This document shows positions 1-9,773 of a stretch of 64,000 nt of DNA, piece after piece (the first letter of the stretch is position 1; every line of letters begins with the position of its first letter). Origin of the DNA: a virus. Taxonomy: Duplodnaviria > Caudoviricetes. The notes below the pieces were generated by a model that did no database searches, was not told the DNA's origin, and saw only the letters and a program-made list of their open reading frames with translations. The translations under genes and the position numbers were made by a program. The stretch lies in the IMG/VR virus record IMGVR_UViG_3300028797_000100, positions 64,001-128,000 of that record; one strand, 5' to 3'.

Positions 1-2757
1 GTTAAGCTCATTAACGAAAGCATTCTGTCTGATCATATTAATGATGTCTTCTGTTGTTAAACCATCAACTGTGATGTTTGCGATATTACCATTGTAATCC
101 AAATCAAGAATCTTTTCCTTGATAATATTGATTGCTTCCGTGGCTCTATCGGCTATAGAAGACATGTTGTATGTCGTCTTGTAGTTTGTCTGGAGTTCTG
201 ATATATAGTCATATATAGCATCCAGATATGTTGTAAGTAATCTACAGAATTCAACTGTATCTTTGTATGAAACAACTGATCCAGAGTACACTGTGATGTC
301 ACTATACTGAACATAGTATTCGTCATGAATACCGTCTGCATCAATAAGAGGGAACTTTATATCGGGATCATATACATTTAATACGAAACGATATGGATCG
401 TATAAATGCTGGATACCAGAGCCATTCATCAGTAATGGTAATCCATAATATGCAAGTGCACTACGTCCTGCTGGTAATGATGCATCTGTTGGGAATCTAG
501 CAGGTGAGATTGAATACTGAGAATACGAGATTGGATAACGCACGTTACTCAATGCAGATGAGATGTCAATGTCAGCATATCTATTCGAGAACTTTCTTTT
601 TGTAAGATCTCTATAGAAGTATGCTTGAAGTTTGTCTACATTGTTATTCAGCAATGACAGAGTATAGAACAAGAAGTTTATAGAAAAAGGTCCACGATCT
701 GAATCTTCAGTATACTCAATTACATTGTCTGAAGTTTTATTTGAATCTTCATAGTTTATGTCAGAAGGATATACGGATATGATTGATTCACCATCAATCT
801 TTCGCTTTAATATCTTTGACAATACATGAATGATAGTCTCATCACTGTAGTTTCTATAAAGCATCTTACTAATCTTAGCAAGTCTACTTTCGGCATCCCA
901 ATAACGAATACAACCATTATACTTGCACATCTCATCATAGAACAAATCAAAGTCTACAACAGTGTCAAGATCGAAATGTTCAATGAATGGATCCGCAGGA
1001 TCTTCTGTATCAGTATATAATACGAAGAACTTGAATATCTCATTACCGGTTAAACCTTCATTGATATAGAATGTGTTTCCTATACCATGGAAATGTCTGA
1101 TTTTCGGATAATCAAATATCCATGAATTATATTCCTGAGAATATTTCAATGTGATGAAAGACTGTTCTGCAATAGGACGATTGAATCTTGAAGCATCTTC
1201 CTTCTCATAGAAGTTTGTTTGGATGTTGATTGCTCTGGAGAATGGTAAAAGTTTATCATCCAAGAATGGTTCACATATTTCGGTCACAGTAATCTCGAAG
1301 TTGTTACCATACAATTCATCGAATGTATGTGTTTGTATATCTTCGGCATGTGTGACGTCATAATAGAATCTGGATATATTGTCAGCGAGCTTATTGAACT
1401 TATTGATCTTTGCGGTCGGTACAAGTGATGTTATTATAGCACCACGATAGTAGTCCTGAGTCATCTTTGACATATCAACAAACATCTCATACAACTTTGG
1501 TCTGATGTTATTTAAGTAATCAACCATATCTGGTGTAGAACCCATAGTGAATCTACCAATATTATTCATCAATGGCTTATACTTCATCAGATTCTTATAC
1601 AATGACAAGCAAGCTGTAATTGTATCGAATGTGTAAGATGTATCTCTATCGATGGTAATAGGAGGAGTACATATTTCAAGGTCATTCGTTGATGATGCGG
1701 TTGATTCTACTACTAATGACCCTTCAGGCGTTCTCAACTTCTCATACTTATCATCATATACCAACTTATTCTCCATGATGTCATAATAATTGACAGCTGG
1801 GAATATGTTAGGTACTTCATGGAAGTATTTGAGTAAGTAGATGTCAACATTGACAGTCTTCATGTTGCCATTCGTAATCATGTTCATTGTATGATCTTGA
1901 ACATCATTGATTACGAAACCTGATGCATTGAAATAACCGAAGTTTGGTACAGTGTTGATGCTCTTATCATATGAAGTGTTATGAATGTTCACGAGACACT
2001 TCATACCATTTACTTCTTCCTTCTTGATATCAATATCAGTATAAGGGATGAAGCCTTTGGTAATATAAGATGTATTAATGGAACGGGTATACATCTTACA
2101 TCTGTCAAGCTTATACACAATGAAGTCAACTTCGTAATTTGGTTTCCAACCTATCTTGAATTTGAAACCATGATCATCTATTGCAACATAAGCATCGTTA
2201 GAAATGAAACCATTTGCAGAGCATACGATACAGAAATCAAGCACATCAGCAATTCTTGAATTATTGAATTCACTAATGCTGAGATATTTGTCATTTTCTG
2301 TTATATGCATTTCATGAATTCTTTGACGAATGAATTCATCTCTATGACCGAAATGCAACTGATTGAACGGAGCATCGATAATCTTATAATGTGTAAAACT
2401 CTCAGTTGCAACGTTCTTTTTATCAGCTAATGTCGTATGGAATATAACAGCATGTGTGTTTACCAGGTTCCTCGACATTGTATTTCTTAAAGAAGTACGA
2501 TATGCTTCACTGAGTGATTTATCGAGATCTTCAAATGTATAATTAGATCTACCCATGAGATCCAATAACATATCAAAACCTTTATTGTTACCTTGAACAA
2601 TGTCTGGTTGTTCGGCAATCAATTCCGATTCCATATCAACGAGCTTCTTAAATCTTTCAGTGAGATTATAATTCTTCATATCAATGAAAGATTCTTCTCT
2701 TCCTCGTTTACCGGTACGATATTGGTGTTGCCTGAAGAACCAGTTATTGAAATTCAT
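1..2757 (-). CDS. Large hypothetical protein, 3'-truncated by the window edge (>919 aa), probably virion structural
   Basis: Not in the ORF track because it runs off the window. Read by hand as an open frame from ATG at 2757 (in-frame TTG at 2763, RBS GAAAGGA): MNFNNWFFRQHQYRTGKRG...NAFVNELN. The structural role is inferred from size and strand. Confidence 0.8.
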   Translation of the reverse strand, partial: MNFNNWFFRQHQYRTGKRGREESFIDMKNYNLTERFKKLVDMESELIAEQPDIVQGNNKGFDMLLDLMGRSNYTFEDLDKSLSEAYRTSLRNTMSRNLVNTHAVIFHTTLADKKNVATESFTHYKIIDAPFNQLHFGHRDEFIRQRIHEMHITENDKYLSISEFNNSRIADVLDFCIVCSANGFISNDAYVAIDDHGFKFKIGWKPNYEVDFIVYKLDRCKMYTRSINTSYITKGFIPYTDIDIKKEEVNGMKCLVNIHNTSYDKSINTVPNFGYFNASGFVINDVQDHTMNMITNGNMKTVNVDIYLLKYFHEVPNIFPAVNYYDIMENKLVYDDKYEKLRTPEGSLVVESTASSTNDLEICTPPITIDRDTSYTFDTITACLSLYKNLMKYKPLMNNIGRFTMGSTPDMVDYLNNIRPKLYEMFVDMSKMTQDYYRGAIITSLVPTAKINKFNKLADNISRFYYDVTHAEDIQTHTFDELYGNNFEITVTEICEPFLDDKLLPFSRAINIQTNFYEKEDASRFNRPIAEQSFITLKYSQEYNSWIFDYPKIRHFHGIGNTFYINEGLTGNEIFKFFVLYTDTEDPADPFIEHFDLDTVVDFDLFYDEMCKYNGCIRYWDAESRLAKISKMLYRNYSDETIIHVLSKILKRKIDGESIISVYPSDINYEDSNKTSDNVIEYTEDSDRGPFSINFLFYTLSLLNNNVDKLQAYFYRDLTKRKFSNRYADIDISSALSNVRYPISYSQYSISPARFPTDASLPAGRSALAYYGLPLLMNGSGIQHLYDPYRFVLNVYDPDIKFPLIDADGIHDEYYVQYSDITVYSGSVVSYKDTVEFCRLLTTYLDAIYDYISELQTNYKTTYNMSSIADRATEAINIIKEKILDLDYNGNIANITVDGLTTEDIINMIRQNAFVNELN

Positions 2758-2866
2758 TTTCAAAATTGATCATTCCTTTCTATAATATGATCATATTCAT
2801 CGTGAACACTTACCTTGGCGTTTTGTTTTTATACAAAAAACTATTTCTATTTTTCTTAATCCTGAG

Positions 2867-2884
2867 ATATATATTTTTATTATG
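2867..2884 (+). promoter_or_regulatory. Putative phage early promoter (ATATATATT[T/A]TTA.TA[T/C]G motif)
   Basis: The same AT-rich motif recurs upstream of about 10 transcription units in the window. This copy precedes the Cas7-like gene. Confidence 0.55.
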
Positions 2885-2942
2885 TTAAAGAGAATTTAAA
2901 ATCATTCACTTTAACAAAATTTAATCAAAGGAGGCCATAATC

Positions 2943-3839
2943 ATGGCACGTATTAAGAAAACTGCTGAGACAGAGGCAGGTAAAACAACACTGTCAGCAA
3001 CCGGAAAGAAGAACTCTTATGATGTAACAATGTGGTTTATTCAGCCACTCTTGGGTTCAGCTCCTTCTGACCCTAACATCTATAAAACCTTTATTGCGTC
3101 AAAGGCTCCTGATGCTCCTACCAGGGAAGAGGAACTTATGACGACAACGGTTGAAAACGTTGCTTCAAGAGGTACAAACGTTTTCCTCAGAAGAAGCAAA
3201 ACCGGTAATCCCACAATCGCTCAGCACGCTCTCAAGGGCTTCTTAAAAGAAAGAGGTACTCAGGAGAACAGAGTTATTGATGGTATATCGATTACCAATC
3301 ATAAGACAAAGATTGTTGGTAACGTTGTTATCAAGCCGACATTCATCGATCTTAACATCCCAGAGGAATTAATCAGAGATACAACTGAAGAGACCTTCAA
3401 GAAAGAAGGATTTGGTTATAGCTCTGCTATTAGATTCCCTGCAGAGCCTGGCAGCAGATTCAGAAGAATCATGCTCCCAACATGTGATCGTCCCCTTCAG
3501 GCAGAAACTCCTCAGGGAAAGATAACATCAATTGCATCTAGTGAGATTGCACCTGCAGGCACATCTATCAATTTCCAGATGGAAGTAGATCAGCTGGCTC
3601 CAACTAAGAAGGATCCTGGTCAGATTGATGAGAGATTAATATCACTCTTTATGACAGGACACCGTCATGGCACAGGTCAGTGGAGAGGCTCTGGAGAATA
3701 TGGAGCTTTCGTTACTGAAGTACGTGATGAAGAAGGAAAGCTCATTTATGAGAACACCACTGAAGTTCTCGGTTGTAATTCCGATGACGCAGACTTCTAT
3801 CAGAAGCTCTGCGACTATATCGATGACAATTGCCTCTAA
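2943..3839 (+). CDS. Stand-alone Cas7/RAMP-like RNA-binding protein
   Basis: RAMP-like layout: N-terminal strand ending PLLGS, helix motif AQHALKGFLKE, thumb-like CDRPLQAETPQG..SIASSEIAPAGTSINF, and a C-terminal glycine-rich loop GTGQWRGSGEYGAF. RBS AAAGGAGG. No other cas genes in the window. Confidence 0.75.
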   Translation: MARIKKTAETEAGKTTLSATGKKNSYDVTMWFIQPLLGSAPSDPNIYKTFIASKAPDAPTREEELMTTTVENVASRGTNVFLRRSKTGNPTIAQHALKGFLKERGTQENRVIDGISITNHKTKIVGNVVIKPTFIDLNIPEELIRDTTEETFKKEGFGYSSAIRFPAEPGSRFRRIMLPTCDRPLQAETPQGKITSIASSEIAPAGTSINFQMEVDQLAPTKKDPGQIDERLISLFMTGHRHGTGQWRGSGEYGAFVTEVRDEEGKLIYENTTEVLGCNSDDADFYQKLCDYIDDNCL

Positions 3840-3845
3840 TAATAT

Positions 3846-3880
3846 GGGCGGCCCAGTGCCGCCCTTTACTTTAATTTTTT
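3846..3880 (+). terminator. Intrinsic terminator/hairpin after the Cas7-like gene
   Basis: GGGCGGC-CCAGT-GCCGCCC followed by TTTACTTTAATTTTTT. Confidence 0.7.
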
Positions 3881-3898
3881 GATAGGAGGTAATTGAAG

Positions 3899-4366
3899 AT
3901 GAAAGATGATAGTAAATTTGGTATAGAATTCACTACCAAGGCAAATGAGAGTTTAGAAACAGCTATAGATATACTCTCAAATTTATCACAGTCCGCTATA
4001 ATGGATTTAAGAGATGAGAACCCCAGGTTCAATAAGAACGTTGAGGAACTCACTCAATTAATTTCCGGCAGTCCGGACAAGTTATGGGCACAACATCCGG
4101 AGTATTCATTCATCACATGTTCGAAGAATGGTGACATCAAGTTATCACCTAATGCGAATTGTGAGATAAGATACAATGACAATGTACCATTCTTGCATTA
4201 TCTGAGATCCCGCAAACCTGATGTGTTAGGAGCAATCATAATACTTCAGTGTTTTGTTGAATGCCCCGGCTCTTTAAGTGAATATACTGTTCACTATAAA
4301 GATGGTAATCCAACAAATTTAAAGTTTGCCAATCTTGGATGGGCAAGAAAGTACGTCGGAAGATAA
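3899..4366 (+). CDS. Hypothetical protein between the Cas7-like gene and the pentamer array
   Basis: ORF of about 155 aa, RBS ATAGGAGG, ATG at 3899. No recognisable motif. Confidence 0.75.
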   Translation: MKDDSKFGIEFTTKANESLETAIDILSNLSQSAIMDLRDENPRFNKNVEELTQLISGSPDKLWAQHPEYSFITCSKNGDIKLSPNANCEIRYNDNVPFLHYLRSRKPDVLGAIIILQCFVECPGSLSEYTVHYKDGNPTNLKFANLGWARKYVGR

Positions 4367-4427
4367 GCTCTCGTGGAGCTCTAAACCACGCGTTGTCTCC
4401 AACTTATAAAGTTGATGTGAGACATAA

Positions 4428-5450
4428 AGTTTAGTTTTGGTTTTGTCTGGTGAAGTTCAGGTAAGGTGGAGTCGTGTAAGATGCCGATTCGTGGCGGTCT
4501 TGTTTGGTTCTATGTGATTTAGGCTAGTGAGGGTTTCGTGATCTGTTACTTTGGATATTCTGTGAGGGTGCGGTGCGGTTACGTCGTGTCCGGTAGGGTT
4601 TGTTCCTGTTTCGTTTTGTGCTGGTGACGCGGGGAGATGTTTGGAAGTGTGACGTAGCGGTTTTGCATTATACCGAAGACGCAGTTATGAATATTAATGT
4701 GTAGGCATAGTTCTAGTAGGTCATGTAATGTGTAATAACGCTGAGGCAGTGTCTTGCAGGGGCCGGTCAGGTAAGGTAGCGTATCACAGTGTACTGGTGT
4801 AGTTTTGTGTGCTGGGATCTGGAATTGTGCTGGTTATGTATCGTGAAATGGAGCTGGGTTCTTTTAGGTTGCGTCATGGTCCGGCATCGTGCGGTGCGGA
4901 AGAGTACTGCGCAGTTTTGTGTGGTTGCGGTGGTGTTATCTCCGGTATGACGATGTTTGGTCTGGCCGGGTGGCGGTACAGCATTGTATTGTACGGGTCA
5001 GTGGTGGGCTGTGCCGAGCTGTGTAGGTTTGGTAAGGCTCGGATCGGCATGATGTCGTCATGGTACTGTATGGTTAGGTTTCAGCATTGTTTTGGTGCAG
5101 CACAGTACGGTGAGATGTAGTTTCGTCTAGGTTGAGTGAGGGATGGATGTGTAATGGCTCGTTGAGTATCGGTGCAGCTAGGTAACGTGTTGAACTGATG
5201 CGTATTGTTTAGTACGGGTTGGGCTAGGTCAGGATCAGAGAGGTCAGGTTAGGTTCTGGTGATGTGTCGTTTGGTATGGCAATGTTTCGCATAGCAACGG
5301 TGTTGCTCGGTACAGTACCGTCACATAGTGCCTGGTTCAGGTAAGGCGAAGTTGGGCTTTGAAGTGCGAAGTGTTGGTGGAGCCTGGTAGGGTCTAATCA
5401 TGTCAAGTGATGGTAGGGGCCGGTCAGGTAACATAGCGATCGCAGTGTAC
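4428..5450 (+). repeat. Non-coding degenerate pentamer array (NGY-NN / GGY-NN), about 200 units in about 25 blocks; candidate guide-RNA array
   Basis: Abrupt switch to G+T-rich sequence with G followed by T/C every 5 nt, e.g. 5026 GGTTT GGTAA GGCTC GGATC GGCAT GATGT CGTCA T. Bounded by a 5' hairpin (4394-4424) and a terminator (5457-5495). Confidence 0.85.
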
Positions 5451-5456
5451 CAAAAG

Positions 5457-5495
5457 AATATTCCGGGGCATAATGCCCCGGATATTTTTTTTTTA
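5457..5495. terminator. Terminator between the array and the convergent RNAP gene
   Basis: TCCGGGGCA-TAA-TGCCCCGGA followed by a long T run. Confidence 0.85.
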
Positions 5496-8400
5496 TTTTC
5501 CTTCCCAAATTTGACGCATCTTACGTTTAAGATTTACTAAAACCTTATTACCAGATGCGGTAACTACAAGTGAAGGTATCATACGTTTGAGGATACCTGA
5601 GTTAGATACAAATAATGATATCTCTTCATTAGGATCTGATTCAGCATATGGTTCAAGTCCTTCTGGAATAACTTCCGAAAGAACCTGTTTTGATGCACCA
5701 TACATTGCAAGCTTATCACCAACTGATGCTTCGTCTTCATGTTCGATGTATATTTCTATGAGTACATCACATGTTCTACCCTTGATAGTTGTACCCTTCA
5801 AAGGAGCAGTTGGTAATGTATATAATGTATCCAGTTTGTATACTGAATCTGTTTTGTCATACTTATCAAGAATCTTCTTTCTCTGTATATTCTTCTTGAA
5901 GTAATCATCGAGAAGTTTATACAATGATGGAGAAAGTTTATCCATGCTCTTGGTAGTGTACATTCTTACATCAAATACTCTACCAGGATTCTTTGCACGT
6001 ACAACTCTCTTCGCATTATCCAAAACAGAATTACTTTCTTTATTCTGGAATGCCTTAAGGAAGTTATCAACAGATTTATCACCAGTATCACCAATACCGA
6101 ATACGATTAATGGATCACCGATTTCAACTTCATCTCCAACCTTAACAACTGACTCGATATCATCAAGTGCTTCGATTGGAACTGATTGCATCATTGAAAG
6201 TGATGTACCAAGTTTCTTGGACATCTTATGTGTTATCAATCCAGCGTCTTCATATGTTGAGTAGATGTTTGCGAATACACATTTAGCCAGAGGACCAACG
6301 TTCATTCTTACAACACCATCGATACCCTTAGTGAAGAACTTTTCATGATATGCGATAACATCACCCTTCTTGAATTTGTCATTTACTTCAAGATTAGTAA
6401 CGAGATGGTTATCAACATAGAAACCAGAACCGGAGTTGAATGATGGTTTATGTGCAAGGTTTACAGCCTTCTTCTTTCCTGACTTGAATTGAAGAATCAT
6501 GTAATCTTCATTCTTGTCTATAACAGAACCATCCTCGGGAGCAACATAAGAGAATTCTTCAGTAAGGTTTGAAGAAACAATCTCATCAACACCATTTGAA
6601 ATCAATACAGGCTCGGCTGCAATAGTAGGAACGATATGAGATGTCTGAGATGTTGCAATAGCAGTTCTGATGGCATCGTCACGTGTAACTGTACCAGGAG
6701 TAAGCAACTCGGAGAACGATGCTAACTGAAGATCATTGAAGTCTGTTTCAGGACCAGCTGTGGATGTATAACCACGAACTGATTCTATCTTAGGATCTGC
6801 AACCAACTGACGATTGATACCTACATTCGCATTGTTTGGAGATGACAGAGCCATCTTACCAATCATTGTGTTTTCATAGTTACGTTTGTCAACTGTATAT
6901 GCACGATCATCGTTAACTCCTTTGAATCCTTTCTTGGTGATGTTTTCACGCATATGAAGTTCTACCATAGGATTCAATGCAGACATAGGTTCAACATTAG
7001 GAACTGCCAAGAGTTCATTGATAACTTCATTTGGATTGAATGCTATTGCATTTCCTCTAGCCTTAGAACCAACGTTGTTGTTGTATTTCGATATAGCAAA
7101 TGCCAATCTATAATGTATGATAGCAGGAATGATCTCAGATGATCTGATACGATATAAAGAAGCATTATTCTCTGATGTATGGTTATTGTCTGCCAACAGA
7201 TTTGATGCATATATCAGCATACCAGCAATGTCGTTTGGTATATGATAATGGTCACATACATCCGCTGTTATAGGATCAACAAAGAACTTGTAATATGTGA
7301 TGAATGTCGTAAGCTGTGAATACTGTTTGAAGAATAGATTATTGTATATATCAACATAGATGGAGTTCGAATTCATTATAGGAGTTTCAAACTCTGCAAA
7401 GTTGTAGTTCTTTGTGTTGATACGATAGAAACCATTGAACAGTAATTGGTTTGGAACATTGTTCTCAATTGCGAGGATCTTGTCCTTGAAAGGTAATGTG
7501 AAGAAATGACTATCGTCGAAGTTTGATGCCACGAACTTATACTGAACACCACTCTTCTTGATGAGGGATGATATACCTTCCCATGCCGCAATAGTAACAC
7601 CAAGTGGTACAAGTACACCGATCTTGATTTGTGTATACATTGCAAGCTTACCAGGTTTCTGTTTCTTGTATTCCTGTTGGAGTTCAGGTGGTAAACTCTC
7701 AAGAATCAAATCAGTAATAGTATGACCATCACGTGTTAAACCTGTTTCAGTATTAACAACGATTGGTACTTGGTCATGCATACCACAACAGAACTCATTC
7801 TGTTGTACAGTAACAAAACCAAACTTTTTCTGACACTGAACTCTGTTGAAGTTTATCTCAAGAGCATTGGCTCTGTTGTTGAAATAAACCCACTTGCGAG
7901 CATACTCATCATACTCGATCGTAGATACAAAACGTGAGTTAGTATTAGATGAGTTACCAACACGGACAAACTTATTCTTACCAGTCTCAGCATCAGTCAA
8001 CTTATTGATTATCTTGATAACCATTGACAAGTCTACCAATGAACGAGTATCATATCTTTGACATGTAATCTTGTTATAGTTACTGGTAAGCATAACAGTT
8101 TTCTTGTTTATCTTTAATATCGGAATAGGGAAGTCTTGTTTACCGATATTATACCAGATACCGTTGTTGTAGAATCTACCATTGACGATCTTTGGTATAC
8201 GGATATTAATGATAGACTGACGGTCATTGCTCTTGTTCTTCAATGTAACCTTCCAGTTATTTACCAAACTCAATGGAGTTGACGCATCAGTTACATCTAC
8301 ATTTGTAACATAGAATCCGTCTGGTAATTTGGAGAAGTTCATGAATGTTGCAACGATATCTCTATCCAACAACTTATCTTCATATTCCTTAGCTATACGA

Positions 8401-9773
8401 GTAAATCCAGTACCCTTCATAGCAGCAGTGGATGTTGTTGTTATATGAAGAGGCTGAAGCGGTGCAGGCTTGGGTACATCGGAGATAGATGTGATTGTAT
8501 TGAATGTAACATTATGAAGTTTAACCTGACCAAGTTTCTCACGTATCTGACGTTCGCGTTCACTGGTAGTTGTATTCATTACAGATACTTCATCAGATGC
8601 TTCAACCTGTTTAGACATTGTCTTTACAGTTGATTTCAGGATATGATCTTCAACAGTATCAGAATCCTTTGTTGTAATCTGAGATGAGAGCTTACTATAG
8701 CTATTGACAGTCTGAGTATCAGGAGTGATTCTTTCAATCAATTTAGCATTGATATCCATTGTTTTTACATTATAAAGATTATCCTTTTCCTCAGGCTCAG
8801 GTTTCTTTTCTTCTTCCTCTTCTGCAGCAGTATTCTCTTGAGGTTTGAGAGTTGTAGCAAGCTGATTGAGAGTATTCTTGATAGACGCAGTAGAGTTATC
8901 ATTGATATCATTGATTCTACGTACATCATCATCTACAGGACCAACATCTTCCTTCTCATCAGGTATAGCGGCAGGAAGTTCCTTATCAATGAAATCATCG
9001 ATTGATTCACCAGCTTCTTCATTTGTAGTAGCTGTGAGTTCTCCCATCGAACCTATCTCCTGCAGCATAGATTTTATGCGGTCGATGTCACGCTCTTCGA
9101 ACAGTTTAAAGTCGAACTTATAATCAGCATTCTCAGCTCTAAAAACTAAGATGGTATTCTGTCTGCGAATCTTTGGTGATGGAGACAAAACACACTTTGT
9201 CAACAAAGCATTGATTATATCAGAATTATAAGAAGCCTTATTGACAACTTTGAATATCTTGAGTTTGGTTGTATCAATAACAACAACTTTCTCTTTGTAG
9301 TTTGCACTCTCAGATTCCAACAGAGTTTCAAACATACTCAGAATATTTTCTTCTATGAATTCAGGAGTCATATTTCTGAGAAGAGCAGTAGACTTCTTCA
9401 AGATATCAGTGAATGCAATATACACTGATTCATGACCACTCTTGATATATGTAGTCAATGGCTGTACCGATGGAATGATTTTCTTACCACGTACATATTC
9501 ACTACGCCTACGGCTTTCAGAATCATTTAATGTATATTTAAGAGGAGCAGAGCCAAACATAAATGATACTCTATTTGGAATAACGACGGCTTTATAATTT
9601 ATTGCAGTAGACGGAGACATGTGTTTAATTAACTCTATATCATACTCAAACGAATTTGAAAGTAAAAACACTGATATATCATTCTTTTTGTCGGGGAGAT
9701 TATAACGTGTTTTCTGAGCTATAAAGTTCAGTCCTCGAGATAGATCTACAGAGGGTTCTCTTATAGGAAGCAT
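5493..9773 (-). CDS. Phage multisubunit RNA polymerase beta-like subunit (probably the virion RNAP)
   Basis: 1426 aa. C-terminal beta motifs SSPNNANVG, YEDAGLI, KVGDEVEIGD, VGDKLAMYGASKQV and NSGILKRM. Ends before the usual beta C-terminal clamp region, as in split jumbo-phage RNAPs. Confidence 0.88.
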   Translation of the reverse strand: MLPIREPSVDLSRGLNFIAQKTRYNLPDKKNDISVFLLSNSFEYDIELIKHMSPSTAINYKAVVIPNRVSFMFGSAPLKYTLNDSESRRRSEYVRGKKIIPSVQPLTTYIKSGHESVYIAFTDILKKSTALLRNMTPEFIEENILSMFETLLESESANYKEKVVVIDTTKLKIFKVVNKASYNSDIINALLTKCVLSPSPKIRRQNTILVFRAENADYKFDFKLFEERDIDRIKSMLQEIGSMGELTATTNEEAGESIDDFIDKELPAAIPDEKEDVGPVDDDVRRINDINDNSTASIKNTLNQLATTLKPQENTAAEEEEEKKPEPEEKDNLYNVKTMDINAKLIERITPDTQTVNSYSKLSSQITTKDSDTVEDHILKSTVKTMSKQVEASDEVSVMNTTTSERERQIREKLGQVKLHNVTFNTITSISDVPKPAPLQPLHITTTSTAAMKGTGFTRIAKEYEDKLLDRDIVATFMNFSKLPDGFYVTNVDVTDASTPLSLVNNWKVTLKNKSNDRQSIINIRIPKIVNGRFYNNGIWYNIGKQDFPIPILKINKKTVMLTSNYNKITCQRYDTRSLVDLSMVIKIINKLTDAETGKNKFVRVGNSSNTNSRFVSTIEYDEYARKWVYFNNRANALEINFNRVQCQKKFGFVTVQQNEFCCGMHDQVPIVVNTETGLTRDGHTITDLILESLPPELQQEYKKQKPGKLAMYTQIKIGVLVPLGVTIAAWEGISSLIKKSGVQYKFVASNFDDSHFFTLPFKDKILAIENNVPNQLLFNGFYRINTKNYNFAEFETPIMNSNSIYVDIYNNLFFKQYSQLTTFITYYKFFVDPITADVCDHYHIPNDIAGMLIYASNLLADNNHTSENNASLYRIRSSEIIPAIIHYRLAFAISKYNNNVGSKARGNAIAFNPNEVINELLAVPNVEPMSALNPMVELHMRENITKKGFKGVNDDRAYTVDKRNYENTMIGKMALSSPNNANVGINRQLVADPKIESVRGYTSTAGPETDFNDLQLASFSELLTPGTVTRDDAIRTAIATSQTSHIVPTIAAEPVLISNGVDEIVSSNLTEEFSYVAPEDGSVIDKNEDYMILQFKSGKKKAVNLAHKPSFNSGSGFYVDNHLVTNLEVNDKFKKGDVIAYHEKFFTKGIDGVVRMNVGPLAKCVFANIYSTYEDAGLITHKMSKKLGTSLSMMQSVPIEALDDIESVVKVGDEVEIGDPLIVFGIGDTGDKSVDNFLKAFQNKESNSVLDNAKRVVRAKNPGRVFDVRMYTTKSMDKLSPSLYKLLDDYFKKNIQRKKILDKYDKTDSVYKLDTLYTLPTAPLKGTTIKGRTCDVLIEIYIEHEDEASVGDKLAMYGASKQVLSEVIPEGLEPYAESDPNEEISLFVSNSGILKRMIPSLVVTASGNKVLVNLKRKMRQIWEGK

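Noticed and set aside
153-2259. Short ORFs 153-344, 826-1020 and 1981-2259
   Set aside because: They overlap or are antisense to the long minus-strand frame 2757-1 that the track omitted.
4809-5120. 103-aa ORF inside the pentamer array
   Set aside because: No RBS, G/V/C/M-rich composition expected from G+T-rich repeat DNA, and it covers under a third of the array. The 5-nt period and +1 slips continue unchanged on both sides.
4428-5450. Array as a canonical CRISPR array or a simple microsatellite
   Set aside because: There is no recurring 25-45 nt direct repeat with unique spacers. The units are also too variable at fixed positions and too regularly punctuated for slippage-derived satellite DNA.
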